From positions 275,375-339,374 of the forward strand of contig CAVYXV010000004.1 of the NCBI GenBank assembly GCA_963772585.1: a DNA stretch of 64,000 bases, read 5' to 3'. This DNA comes from an uncultured Planctomycetota bacterium (GTDB lineage Bacteria; Planctomycetota; PLA2; JAEUHO01). This document shows positions 42,173 to 51,578 of the stretch, in pieces; position 1 is the stretch's first letter; each line of letters opens with the position of its first letter. Below the pieces are notes generated by a model that did not search any database, was not told the origin of the DNA, and saw only the letters and a list, made by a program, of their open reading frames with translations. Position numbers and translations under genes: made by a program.

Positions 42173-44320
42173 TCACTGGAACAGCATCTGGTGGTACGTC
42201 GGATAGGGCCAGCGCGTCGCATCGCAGCGGCGCTCGATCGCGTCGCAGGCCTCGCGGAGCTCCGCCATGGCCGGGACCAGACGGTCCGCGATGTACCGCG
42301 CCGTCTCCGGCGCGCCCTCCTCCTCGGGCATCTCCTTCAGCGCCGACCGCACGACGTTCAGCCCGCGGAACGCCGCGTTCACCGCGTCCACGTAGTGGGC
42401 CAGTTCCGCCTTCTGGTCGGCGACGGCGAGCCCCAGTTGCTCCGCCTCGCGGATGGCCTCCGCCATGGCCTGCTGGTAGGCGAGCGCCGCCGGGATCGCC
42501 CCCGTCTTGGCCATGCGGAGCATCTGGACGGCCTCGATGACGAGCTGGCGGCAGTAGCTTTCGAGCGAGATGCGGTAGCGGGCCTTCAGTTCACGCTCGC
42601 CGAACACGCCGTGGCGGTCGAGCAGGGCAGCGGCCTCGGCCGTACCGAGAAACGCCAGGGCCGACGGCGTGTCCTTGGCGTTCGGCAGCCCGCGGCGCTC
42701 GGCCTCCTCGATCCACTCGGCGCTGTAGTTGTTGCCGTTGAACACGACCGGGCGGGCCGCGATGTAGGTGTCGCGCACGACGCCGAGGATGGCGTCCACG
42801 CGGGGCTCCCCCGCGTCGAGCCGCTTCGCGAGGGCGTCGCACAGGTTCCCGAGCGCCTCGGTCACGGCGATGTTCAGGTACGTGATCGGCATCGCCAGCG
42901 ACTGGGAGGCGCCGACCGCGCGGAACTCGAACTTGTTGCCCGTGAAGGCGAACGGGGACGTGCGGTTGCGGTCGGTGTTGTCGCGCTTGACGGCCGGCAG
43001 CACCTGGAGCCCGGTCTGGAGGACCTCGTCCTTGACGTCCTCGACGGTGCGGCCCTCGGCGAGGGTCTCCAGGATGTCCGTGAGCCGGTCGCCGAGGAAC
43101 ACGCTGATGATCGCGGGCGGGGCCTCGTTCGCGCCGAGGCGGTGGTCGTTGCCGGAGTGCGCGATCGACGCCCTCAGCAGCGCCGCGCGGCGGTGGACGC
43201 CCTGCAGGACCGCGCAAAGGAAGAAGAGGAACTCCACGTTCTCGTGGGGCGTCTCGCCCGGGTCGAGGAGGTTCCGTCCCTGCTCGTCCTGCATGGCCCA
43301 GTTGCTGTGCTTCCCGGATCCGTTCACGCCGGCGAACGGCTTCTCGTGGAAGAGGACCGCCAGGCCACGGCGCCGGGCGACCCGCCGCATCGTCTCCATG
43401 AGGAGCTGGTTCTGGTCCACCGCGATGTGGGCGGGGCCGAAGATCGGCGCCGCCTCGTACTGGTGCGGGGCGACCTCGTTGTGGCGCGTCTTGACCGGGA
43501 TCCCGAGCTTCCAGGCTTCGCCCTCCACCTCGGACATGAAGCCCAGCGCGACCTGGTCGATGGCGCCGAAGTAGTGGTCCTCGAGCTGCTGCCCCTTGGG
43601 CGGCGCGGCGCCCAGGACGGTGCGTCCCGTCACCTGGAGATCGGGTCGGCTGTCGTAGTACTCGCCCCGGATCAGGAAGTACTCCTGCTCCGCCCCCAGG
43701 GTGGGGACGACGCGGCGGGCGGCGCTCCCCATGAGTTCCAGGGCGCGCACGGCCTCCCGGGAGAGGCGGTCCATGGACCGCAGGAGTGGGGTCTTCTTGT
43801 CGAGCGCCTCGCCCGTGTAGGAGAGGAAGACGGAGGGGATCGTGAGGGTGCAGCCGCCTTCGTGGAACACGAGGAAGGCCGGCGAGGTGGGATCCCAGGC
43901 GGTGTAGCCGCGCGCCTCGAACGTGGAGCGCATGCCGCCGCTGGGGAACGACGACGCATCCGGTTCCGCCTGGATGAGCTGCGAGCCGGTGAACGACTCG
44001 ATCGCCGGCCCCTCGCCGATCGCGAGGAAGGCGTCGTGCTTCTCCGCCGTGGCGCCGGTCAGGGGCTGGAACCAGTGGGTGAAGTGGGTCGCCCCGTGTT
44101 CGACGGCCCAGTCCTTCATCGCGCCGGCGACGACGTCGGCGACGCCCACGTCCAACGGCTCGCCGCGGGAGACGGTGGCCTGGATCGCCTCGAAGGCCGG
44201 ACGCGGAAGGCGTCGCTTCATCGTCTCGAGGTCGAAGATGTGCTCGCCGTAGCGCCGCGACGCGGTCAGGGGCTCCGAGGTCGTGGTGGGGGGGCGGGGC
44301 AAGGTGTCGGCTTGGGGCAT
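42173..44320 (-). CDS. glnN: glutamine synthetase type III
   Basis: 715 aa: ...HFTHWFQPLTGATAEKHDAFL... N-domain, ...NEVAPHQYEAAPIFG...FHEKPFAGVNGSGKHSNWA... catalytic region, and the long GSIII C-terminal extension. Collinear with Bacteroides-type GlnN. Confidence 0.85.
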   Translation of the reverse strand: MPQADTLPRPPTTTSEPLTASRRYGEHIFDLETMKRRLPRPAFEAIQATVSRGEPLDVGVADVVAGAMKDWAVEHGATHFTHWFQPLTGATAEKHDAFLAIGEGPAIESFTGSQLIQAEPDASSFPSGGMRSTFEARGYTAWDPTSPAFLVFHEGGCTLTIPSVFLSYTGEALDKKTPLLRSMDRLSREAVRALELMGSAARRVVPTLGAEQEYFLIRGEYYDSRPDLQVTGRTVLGAAPPKGQQLEDHYFGAIDQVALGFMSEVEGEAWKLGIPVKTRHNEVAPHQYEAAPIFGPAHIAVDQNQLLMETMRRVARRRGLAVLFHEKPFAGVNGSGKHSNWAMQDEQGRNLLDPGETPHENVEFLFFLCAVLQGVHRRAALLRASIAHSGNDHRLGANEAPPAIISVFLGDRLTDILETLAEGRTVEDVKDEVLQTGLQVLPAVKRDNTDRNRTSPFAFTGNKFEFRAVGASQSLAMPITYLNIAVTEALGNLCDALAKRLDAGEPRVDAILGVVRDTYIAARPVVFNGNNYSAEWIEEAERRGLPNAKDTPSALAFLGTAEAAALLDRHGVFGERELKARYRISLESYCRQLVIEAVQMLRMAKTGAIPAALAYQQAMAEAIREAEQLGLAVADQKAELAHYVDAVNAAFRGLNVVRSALKEMPEEEGAPETARYIADRLVPAMAELREACDAIERRCDATRWPYPTYHQMLFQ

Positions 44321-44399
44321 GGGCGGCTCCGTCTCGCGTTCGGGCCGATTCTGGCACCGCCCGCGACCCCGGAGAGCCCAAGAAGCGCTGATGGGGGCA

Positions 44400-45707
44400 T
44401 CAGCGATCGTAGAGGACGAGGATGCGGCACCCCTGTACGAGGGGGTGGAAGAAGATCGGGTTGCCCAAGGCGGGGTCCATCAGGGGGCCCCGCTCGACGG
44501 CGAAGTCCCTCATCGCCTTCACGATGTCGTCCCGGGCCGCCGCGTCGCCCCGGCGGAGCCGGATGGCCCCCGACAGCAGGCGGTCCACCGCGTCCTTCGG
44601 GTTCGTGGCGAGATCCTTCTCCATCTCGGCGAGGGGCCCGTTCGCCGCGGGCATCCCGTCCCGGAGGTAGAGGGCCCGGACGGCCTTGGCTCGGAAGGCG
44701 TACGGTCCGCCCGTCGGCGCCTGCTGCCACCAGGCGAGAAGCCGCTTCGACGCCTCCTCGTCACCGAGGTGCCAGCGATGGACCAGGACCTGCAGGTAGG
44801 CCTCCACGAAGAACGGACCCATTCCGTCGCTCTTCAGGACCTCCTTCGCGGCCGCCAGCGCCTCCCAGCGACCGCCGGCCGCCTCGCCGATGGCGGCCAT
44901 GGCGACGTCGCCCGGGGAGATCTGCTTGTCGCCGTCTGCCGCCCGACGGATCACGTCGGCGAGCACGGCCATTCCCGCCGGGTCCTCCATGCGCCCGAGG
45001 GAGCGGCACGCGATGCTCCAGATGAGCCGCTGGTTCGGAGCGACCGGCTTGCCGACGACGGTCCGGAGGATCTCCAGGTCGTGATCCCGTTCGGGGTAGG
45101 GGTCCTTCGAGGCGGCGAGGATCGCCGCCCCGAGGTCGCCCTCCGCGTCGTCGCGGGCGCGGAGCGCGTCGATCATCGCCGTGCGGACGTGATCCGTGCC
45201 GAAGGTCTGCGTGGCGAGGAAGATGTCCTGGATCGCCTCCCAGGGCTCGTCCTCGACCCGGCTCGCCAGGAGTTCCTCGGCGCGGGGGTCGCCGCCGTCG
45301 GCGAGGATGGAGAGCACCACGTTCTGGGGCCCGCGCGGCTGTTCGAGGGTCTCGTCCTCGCCCCATGCGCTGGTCTCCAGGATCGCCGTTGCGAGCCTCC
45401 GCCCGCTTCCCACCTGCTTGCGGAGGGTGGGGTCGTCCCAGACGGCATCGATGGCCATCGCCGGAATGCCGGACTTGAGGAGGGAGCGCACGGCGAACCA
45501 GCGGGCCTCGGCGAGGTGGCCGTAGAGGTCCAGGTAGCGCTTGTGGGCCTCGACGGCCTTCACCTGGGCCTCGGGATCGGGCTCCTGCATGCGCCAGTAG
45601 ATGCGGAGTTGGTTCTCCTCGACGCTCCGGCGATCGCCGGTGGATGCCCTCCAGACGACGACGCCGAGCAGGATGACGACCACGAGAGGGGGGAGCAGAC
45701 GCATCAT
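44400..45707 (-). CDS. membrane-anchored hypothetical protein
   Basis: Start MMRLLPPLVVVILLGVVVWRAS (a single N-terminal transmembrane segment), then about 410 aa of helical sequence with no recognised motif. It lies in a tandem arrangement upstream of glnN. Confidence 0.5.
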   Translation of the reverse strand: MMRLLPPLVVVILLGVVVWRASTGDRRSVEENQLRIYWRMQEPDPEAQVKAVEAHKRYLDLYGHLAEARWFAVRSLLKSGIPAMAIDAVWDDPTLRKQVGSGRRLATAILETSAWGEDETLEQPRGPQNVVLSILADGGDPRAEELLASRVEDEPWEAIQDIFLATQTFGTDHVRTAMIDALRARDDAEGDLGAAILAASKDPYPERDHDLEILRTVVGKPVAPNQRLIWSIACRSLGRMEDPAGMAVLADVIRRAADGDKQISPGDVAMAAIGEAAGGRWEALAAAKEVLKSDGMGPFFVEAYLQVLVHRWHLGDEEASKRLLAWWQQAPTGGPYAFRAKAVRALYLRDGMPAANGPLAEMEKDLATNPKDAVDRLLSGAIRLRRGDAAARDDIVKAMRDFAVERGPLMDPALGNPIFFHPLVQGCRILVLYDR

Positions 45708-45824
45708 GGGCGAAGGGACCTGGGCTTGGGAAGAAGCCGTGTGGATTCCGTACTCGATCGTGGCCCGCAGCCCGCGGGAGCCTACCATGGGGCTTCCGGA
45801 GACAAGACCCCGGGAGGAGTCGAC

Positions 45825-46232
45825 ATGCGCGTATCCCTAGCCCTCGTGCTGCTGGCCGTCCTGGGCTTCGGCCTGAGCACCCTCGCCCGGACCATCCCTG
45901 CCCGGGCCGAGGACGCCGACCAGGAGCAGAACCGGTTGCTGAAGAAGCGGATCGAGATCCTGGAGCTCCAGGTCGCCTACCTGCTCGACCGGGAGCAGGA
46001 CCTGACGACCTACGCGACCCTGCACACCCCCCGAGCCAGGAACCTGTCGGACAGCCTCCACCGCTCCCGCGCCGAGGGCTTCACGCAGGCGGCGATCTCC
46101 TCGACGTCGCGGGAGCTCCTCCTGGGCGGCCTCGAAGCCGAGGCCCGCGCCATGCAGGAGAAGGTGCCGGTGGTGACAAAGGAGCAGCAGCGCCTCCTGA
46201 AGGAAGTCGACGCCCGCAAGCGCGCTCCCTAG
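45825..46232 (+). CDS. small secreted coiled-coil protein (hypothetical)
   Basis: GGGAGGAG Shine-Dalgarno 6 nt before the ATG. MRVSLALVLLAVLGFGLSTLARTIPARA signal peptide, then heptad-like EQNRLLKKRIEILELQVAYLLDREQDL.... Confidence 0.45.
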   Translation: MRVSLALVLLAVLGFGLSTLARTIPARAEDADQEQNRLLKKRIEILELQVAYLLDREQDLTTYATLHTPRARNLSDSLHRSRAEGFTQAAISSTSRELLLGGLEAEARAMQEKVPVVTKEQQRLLKEVDARKRAP

Positions 46233-46254
46233 CCGGCACGGCAGCCCGCACGAC

Positions 46255-46548
46255 CCACGAACGGACGTCGAATCGCGCGGCCCTCGTGTCCGGGGCCGGG
46301 GAGGGCTCCCAGGAGGCGAGTGCGGCGGGCGAGAGGGATCCCGCCCGGCGTCTTGTCGTTGGCCTCTCACGCCCGGAGCCTCGGTTGCTCGTCGTCGGCG
46401 ACCCCAAGGGGTCGCCTCCTCCTCGCGCCTCGGCCTCGACCCCGAGCGATGCGCCCGGGCACCCCGTGGACGGGGAACGAGACCCGCAGGGCCCCGTCGC
46501 TCCTTGACGGTCCACGACGTCGGGCTGTCCCGTCGCGCGCGTCGCGGG
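46255..46548 (+). repeat. dispersed structured intergenic repeat, copy B (full length)
   Basis: Collinear with copy A, with several indels including a 1-nt length difference, so it cannot be a conserved CDS. Hairpin GGCGACCC-caa-GGGTCGCC at 46397-46416 (same stem as copy A, different loop). Starts 23 nt after the stop of the 45825-46232 gene and ends about 90 nt before the stop of the convergent exonuclease gene. Confidence 0.7.
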
Positions 46549-46636
46549 TAGACGTACGGAAGCCAGGACAGGAACCGCGGCGATGTCGCACCGCGGGTGC
46601 GGGCGAGCCGCCCGAGGGGCACGCTCGCACCCCGTC

Positions 46637-47749
46637 CTACGCCGGCTTCCCCACCCTCCGCCGCCGGAGTCTCGCCTCGCGGTGGCGCAGCGCTTCCTCC
46701 GCGCGGCTCCCGCGCGGCACCTGCTCCAGGGCGCGTTCGACCCAGACGAGCGCGCCCTCGTAGTCGCGCCGGCGGTGTTCGAGGAGCTTCGCCACGTGCT
46801 CGTGCGCCTCCAGGTGGAAGCGGCCGTCGAGCGTCGCCAGCCGTTCGAAGCACGCGAGCGCGCGGTCGAAGACGCCGGTCCGGCGGTACTGGTGGGCGAG
46901 CGCCTCCAGGACGCGGCGGAGGTCGTCGCCGCCGGCCCGGTCGGCGGCGTCCTCCAGGCAGGCCAAGGCGTCGTCGGGGCGATCCAGGTCGAGCAGCAAC
47001 CGCGCCGTCGAGGGGGCGTCGCCGGGGCACGTGTCCCTGCGCCCGTCGGTCCCGTCCAGCACCCGGGCGATCCGTCCCATCAGGGCGACCATGCTGATCA
47101 CGTCGTCGGCGTTGTGCACGAAGGCCCGGGCGACCTCGCGCGGGTCTCCGGTCCGGAGGTAGTCGAAGTACGCCTGCGGGACGAGTTCGCTCGGGAGGTC
47201 GTCCTTCCGGACGAAGCCGAGGACCTCGCGCTCCAGGGCGCCCAGGCGGTGCGACGCGAGGCTCCGGGCCCACAGTCGCCGCGCCGGGACGAGCAGGTCG
47301 AGGTGCGCGCGCGGCGCGGGTTCGATCCGCTTCATGCGGAAGCGCGTGACGAGGAGGGGCCAGTCGAACGTTCGTCCGTTGAACGTGACGAGGGGGTGGT
47401 CGGCGAGGTCCTCGGCGAGCGCCTCGAGCATCGCGTCCTCTTCCGGATAGTCGCGGATGCCGTACTGGCGGATGACGAGGTCGTCGCTTTCGACGCGCCC
47501 CGTGCCGACGAGGAACGCGACGGTGCCCGTCCCGCCGGCGAGGCCCGTGGTCTCCGTGTCGAGGAAGAGCGCGTCCCGGGGGGAGAGAGCGACCCGCCCG
47601 CCGTTCCCCCGCTCCGCGCCGCGGAGCGGAACCGAGTGGCGGATCGCCTCGGCGAGCCGTCCGGTTCCGTGGAGACGATCGAGCGGGACGCGCCGCTCCG
47701 CCTGCAGGAACGGTCCACGGCTCGTCGAGCGCAGGCTTCCCCCGACCAT
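46637..47749 (-). CDS. DEDD-type 3'-5' exonuclease (RNase H-like, YprB/MrfB-like) with a C-terminal helical/TPR-like region
   Basis: ...ALFLDTETTGLAGGTGTVAFLVG... (Exo I motif DxE), ...LVTFNGRTFDWPLL... (Exo II), ...FVHNADDVISM... (Exo III). This is the real C-terminal portion of the 1478-aa shadow ORF 46637-51073(-). Confidence 0.65.
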   Translation of the reverse strand: MVGGSLRSTSRGPFLQAERRVPLDRLHGTGRLAEAIRHSVPLRGAERGNGGRVALSPRDALFLDTETTGLAGGTGTVAFLVGTGRVESDDLVIRQYGIRDYPEEDAMLEALAEDLADHPLVTFNGRTFDWPLLVTRFRMKRIEPAPRAHLDLLVPARRLWARSLASHRLGALEREVLGFVRKDDLPSELVPQAYFDYLRTGDPREVARAFVHNADDVISMVALMGRIARVLDGTDGRRDTCPGDAPSTARLLLDLDRPDDALACLEDAADRAGGDDLRRVLEALAHQYRRTGVFDRALACFERLATLDGRFHLEAHEHVAKLLEHRRRDYEGALVWVERALEQVPRGSRAEEALRHREARLRRRRVGKPA

Positions 47750-48061
47750 CGAACCCAGGTCCGGTCCCTGCCATCGAGGCGGACGGGGGGCCGGCGGTTC
47801 GGCTCCCCGCTGGACGGCCAGCGCCCGGAGTCGCTCGCGGACGCCGGGTCGGCCCGGCCCGTCCTCGGCGACCACGGGCCGGGGATCGCCCCGACCGTCT
47901 CCGAGCGTCGATCGGATGAGGGAACGGCGCACGGTCACACCCGGGATTCTACGCGTCGGCTCCCCCGGGGACGCGGGCGCGGGCGATCCGCGCGTAGACT
48001 CTCGCGCCTGGCCGCGTCCGTGCCGGTCGAGCGGAGTGCAGGGCGGGGCCCGGAGGTCTCC

Positions 48062-51000
48062 ATGCGCGGATGGTTCTGGGGCGTCCTGCTCCTGCTCCTG
48101 CTCTGGGCGGCGGGAATTGCCCAGGCGGCCGAGGAGGCGACGTGGGTGCGCTACCCCGTCCTCTCGCCGGACGGGCAGCGGATCGTGTTCACGTACCGGG
48201 GCGACCTCTGGACCGTGCCCGTGGTCGGCGGGGAGGCCGCGAGGCTCACGAGCCACGAGGGCGTCGAGACCCGTCCGGTCTGGTCCCACGACGGGACCCG
48301 CATCGCCTTCGCCTCGGACCGCCACGGCGACTTCGACGTCTTCGTCGTCCCCTCGACCGGAGGGCGCGCCGTCCGGCTGACGTGGCACTCCGCCGCCGAC
48401 TTTCCCTGCGACTTCGACGAGGCGGACACGCGGGTCCTCTTCACCAGCGCCCGCCAGGACGCCGTGGAGGCCCTTCTCCCGAGCCACCGCATCCCCGAGC
48501 TCTGGTCCGTGCCGGTCGAGGGGGGGCGCCCTCGCCGCGAGTTGACGACGCCCGCCGCGTGGGCACGCGTCTCGCCCGACGGCAAGCGTCTCGCGTACGA
48601 GGACCGCAAGGGATACGAGAACACATGGAGGAAACACCACGTGTCTCCCGTCGCCCGCGACGTCTGGATCTACGACCGCGAGACGGGTCACCACCGGCGG
48701 CTGACGGACTTCGGGGGCGAGGATCGCAATCCGGTGTGGCTTCCCGACGGCACCTCGATCGCGTACCTGAGCGAGCGCGACGGGAGCTTCAACGTCTACC
48801 GGGAGGGCCCGGACGGTCGCGAGCAACTGACGTCGCACGACACGAATCCCGTCCGCTTCCTGTCCGCCGCCCGCGACGGGACCCTCGGATACGGCTGGAA
48901 CGGCACCGTCTGGGTCCGACCCCCGGAGGGCCCATCCCGGCGGGTGCCGATCCTGGTCGCCACCGACGATCGGAAGAACGACATCGAGCGCGAGACCCTC
49001 GAAGGCGAAGCGACGGACATGGCCGTCTCGCCCGACGGCGAGGAGGTCGCCTTCGTCGTCCACGGGGAGGTCTTCGTCGCCTCGGTCGAGTACGGAGCGA
49101 CGAAGCGGATCACCTCCACGGTGGAGCAGGAGCGCTCGGTGGCCTGGGCGCCGGATGGAAAGACCCTCTACTACGCGTCCGAGCGGCATCGCGACGGGTC
49201 CGACCTCCCCTCCTGGAACATCTACAAGGCATCCCTGGCCCGCGAGGACGACGAGCAGCTGCACCGCGCGACGCTCGTCCACGAGGAAGCCGTCCTGGAG
49301 GACGCCCGCGAGAGCTTCCAGCCCGTGCCGTCCCCGGATGGCAAGCACCTGGCGTTCCTGCGCGACCGCGACGAGATCTGCGACCTCGACCTCGGCACGG
49401 GCGAGATCCGCACGCTCGTGCCGTCCCGGGAGAACTACTCCTACGCCGACGGCGACATCGACTACTCGTGGTCGCCCGACTCGCGGTGGCTCGCGGTGAT
49501 CTACCTGCCCAACCACCGCTGGATCGAGCAGGTGGGCGTCGTCGAGGTCGCGACCGGGACCGTCCGGGACGTCACGTTCTCCGGCTACTACGAGGCCGAG
49601 CCCCGGTGGTCCCCGGACGGCCGGGCGCTCGCCTTCCGCTCGAACCGCTACGGGCGCCGCAGCCACGGCTCGTGGGGGAGCGACGAGGACGTCCTGGCGA
49701 TCTACCTCACCCAGGCGGCCTACGACCGCGCGACGCTCTCCGAGGAGGACTTCGACCGGCAGCGGGACAAGGAGGACGAGGAACGGGAGAAGAAGGAGAA
49801 GGAGCGCGAGGAAGAGGGGGCCGAGGGGGAGACAGAGGACGGCGGCGAAAGCCCTCCGCCCCCGCCCGTCGCCATCGACTTCACGCGGGTCGATCGGCGG
49901 CTTCGCCGCCTCACGCTCCACTCCGCGCCCATCTCCGACTTCGTGATCTCCAACGACGGCGAGGCCTGTCTCTACACCGCCGAGATGGACGGTCGGTGGG
50001 ACGTGTGGATGGCGCGTCCGCGGGAAGGCGAGACCCGTCGGGTGGTGCGCCTGGGCGACCGGGGCGGGCCGTCGATCGAGCTCTCCCAGGACGGGGAGAC
50101 CCTCTTCATCCGGCGGGAGGACGGGCGCATCGCGACGGCCGACGTGGGCGGCCTCCTCGAGGACGACGAGCGCCGCGGCCGGGACGACGAGGACGAGAAC
50201 CGCGACTCCGGGGGGCGCTCCGCTCGCGCGGAGCCCGTCGACTTCCGGGCGCGGCTGGAAATCGACCGCCTTGCCGAACGCAAACACCTCTTCGAGCACA
50301 TCTGGCGGCAGGTCAGCGAGAAGTTCTACCGCCCGGACCTCCACGGGGTGGACTGGCCGGCGATGCGGGCGAACTACGAGCGGTTCCTGGATCAGGTCGA
50401 CAACGGCTACGAGTTCGCCGAGCTGGTGAGCGAGATGCTCGGCGAGCTGAACGCCTCGCACACCGGCTGCTACTTCCGCCCGGATCCCGACGAGAAGGAC
50501 GCGACCGCCTCGCTGGGCCTCCTCTTCGGGGACGGTCGCGAGGGAGAAGTCGGCATGCCCGTGGCCGAGGTCCTGGAGGGAGGACCCGCCGCCGAGGCCG
50601 ACTGCCCGCTCCGGGCGGGCCACGTGCTGCGGGCGATCGACGGGGAGCGTCTCGAGCCCGCCGTGAACCCCTGGCGCCTGCTGGAGGGCAAGGCCGACCG
50701 CCGCGTCCGGCTCTCCCTCCAGGACGACAAGGGCGGGGCCTACGAGTGCGTGGTCCGTCCGATCACGCTCCGCGAGGAGTCGGACCTCCTGTACCGCCGC
50801 CTGATCGAGCGCCGGCGGGCGATCGTCGACCAGGCCTCGCACGGGCGCATCGGCTACGTGCACGTCGCGGGCATGAACGACCAGAGCTTCCGCGAGACCT
50901 TCCGCGAGACCTTGGGCCGCGACGCGGACCGGGAGGCCCTCATCGTGGACACCCGCTACAACGGCGGCGGCTGGCTGCACGACGAGCTCGTGGTCTTCCT

Positions 51001-51409
51001 CTCGGGCCGGCACTACATGGACTTCGTCCCGCGCGGCAAGAAGCCGGGCGATCTGGGCGGCGAGCCGCTGCATCGCTGGGACAGGCCGTCATGCGTGCTC
51101 GTGAGCGAGGGGAACTACTCCGACGCCCACCTCTTTCCGGAGGCCTACCGCATGCACGGCATCGGCAAGATCGTCGGGGCTCCCGTCGCCGGGACCGGCA
51201 CCGCCGTGTGGTGGGAACACCTGATGGACCCGCGCTTCGTGTTCGGGATCCCCCAGGTCGGCATGATGGACGCGCAGGGCCGGTACATGGAGAACCACAC
51301 GCTCGTGCCCGACGTGCTCGTCCTGACCGATCCCGAGAAGATCGCCGCCGGCACGGACGAACAACTCCTGGCCGCCGTCAGCGTCCTCCTCGACGAACTC
51401 GACCGCTGA
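48062..51409 (+). CDS. tricorn-protease-like S41 peptidase (TolB-type beta-propellers + PDZ-like + S41 catalytic domain)
   Basis: Signal peptide MRGWFWGVLLLLLLWAAGIAQA. Repeated ...SPDGQRIVFTYRGDLW..., ...SHDGTRIAFASDRHGDFDVF..., ...SPDGKRLAY... blades. C-terminal ...IGYVHVAGMNDQSF...LIVDTRYNGGGWLHDELV...CVLVSEGNYSDAHLFP... S41 core. Two acidic low-complexity inserts. Confidence 0.8.
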   Translation: MRGWFWGVLLLLLLWAAGIAQAAEEATWVRYPVLSPDGQRIVFTYRGDLWTVPVVGGEAARLTSHEGVETRPVWSHDGTRIAFASDRHGDFDVFVVPSTGGRAVRLTWHSAADFPCDFDEADTRVLFTSARQDAVEALLPSHRIPELWSVPVEGGRPRRELTTPAAWARVSPDGKRLAYEDRKGYENTWRKHHVSPVARDVWIYDRETGHHRRLTDFGGEDRNPVWLPDGTSIAYLSERDGSFNVYREGPDGREQLTSHDTNPVRFLSAARDGTLGYGWNGTVWVRPPEGPSRRVPILVATDDRKNDIERETLEGEATDMAVSPDGEEVAFVVHGEVFVASVEYGATKRITSTVEQERSVAWAPDGKTLYYASERHRDGSDLPSWNIYKASLAREDDEQLHRATLVHEEAVLEDARESFQPVPSPDGKHLAFLRDRDEICDLDLGTGEIRTLVPSRENYSYADGDIDYSWSPDSRWLAVIYLPNHRWIEQVGVVEVATGTVRDVTFSGYYEAEPRWSPDGRALAFRSNRYGRRSHGSWGSDEDVLAIYLTQAAYDRATLSEEDFDRQRDKEDEEREKKEKEREEEGAEGETEDGGESPPPPPVAIDFTRVDRRLRRLTLHSAPISDFVISNDGEACLYTAEMDGRWDVWMARPREGETRRVVRLGDRGGPSIELSQDGETLFIRREDGRIATADVGGLLEDDERRGRDDEDENRDSGGRSARAEPVDFRARLEIDRLAERKHLFEHIWRQVSEKFYRPDLHGVDWPAMRANYERFLDQVDNGYEFAELVSEMLGELNASHTGCYFRPDPDEKDATASLGLLFGDGREGEVGMPVAEVLEGGPAAEADCPLRAGHVLRAIDGERLEPAVNPWRLLEGKADRRVRLSLQDDKGGAYECVVRPITLREESDLLYRRLIERRRAIVDQASHGRIGYVHVAGMNDQSFRETFRETLGRDADREALIVDTRYNGGGWLHDELVVFLSGRHYMDFVPRGKKPGDLGGEPLHRWDRPSCVLVSEGNYSDAHLFPEAYRMHGIGKIVGAPVAGTGTAVWWEHLMDPRFVFGIPQVGMMDAQGRYMENHTLVPDVLVLTDPEKIAAGTDEQLLAAVSVLLDELDR

Positions 51410-51412
51410 CGA

Positions 51413-51548
51413 CGACCGCAGGCTCCGCGCGCGAGAGGCGGACGACCGATGGGTCGGGCGGGATCCCTCTCGCCCGCCGGACTCGCCTCCTTGGAGCCCT
51501 CGCGGCCCCGGACACGGGGGCCGCGCGATTCCACGTCCGTTCGTGGGT
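51413..51548 (-). repeat. dispersed structured intergenic repeat, copy C (5' about 110 bp of the family plus divergent remainder, reverse orientation)
   Basis: The reverse complement reads ccacgaacggacgtggaatcgcgcggcccccgtgtccggggccgcgagggctccaaggaggcgagtccggcgggcgagagggatcccgcccg.... Its 5' end is 31 nt after the helicase stop (co-oriented), and it fills the gap to the tricorn stop. Confidence 0.55.
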
Positions 51549-51578
51549 CGTGCCCGCTGGATCCGCGGCGTTCCCCGC

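Noticed and set aside
38189-45025. 2278-aa plus-strand ORF (and similar giants: 54013-58200(-), 13171-15819(-), 7017-9710(+), 4946-6865(-), 1430-3739(-), 3720-5210(-))
   Set aside because: These are antisense or out-of-frame shadows of well-supported genes (purL, glnN, map, lysS, pssA and others). Their Arg/Pro/Ala/Gly-dominated translations and lack of any motif are typical of stop-codon-poor frames in 70% GC DNA.
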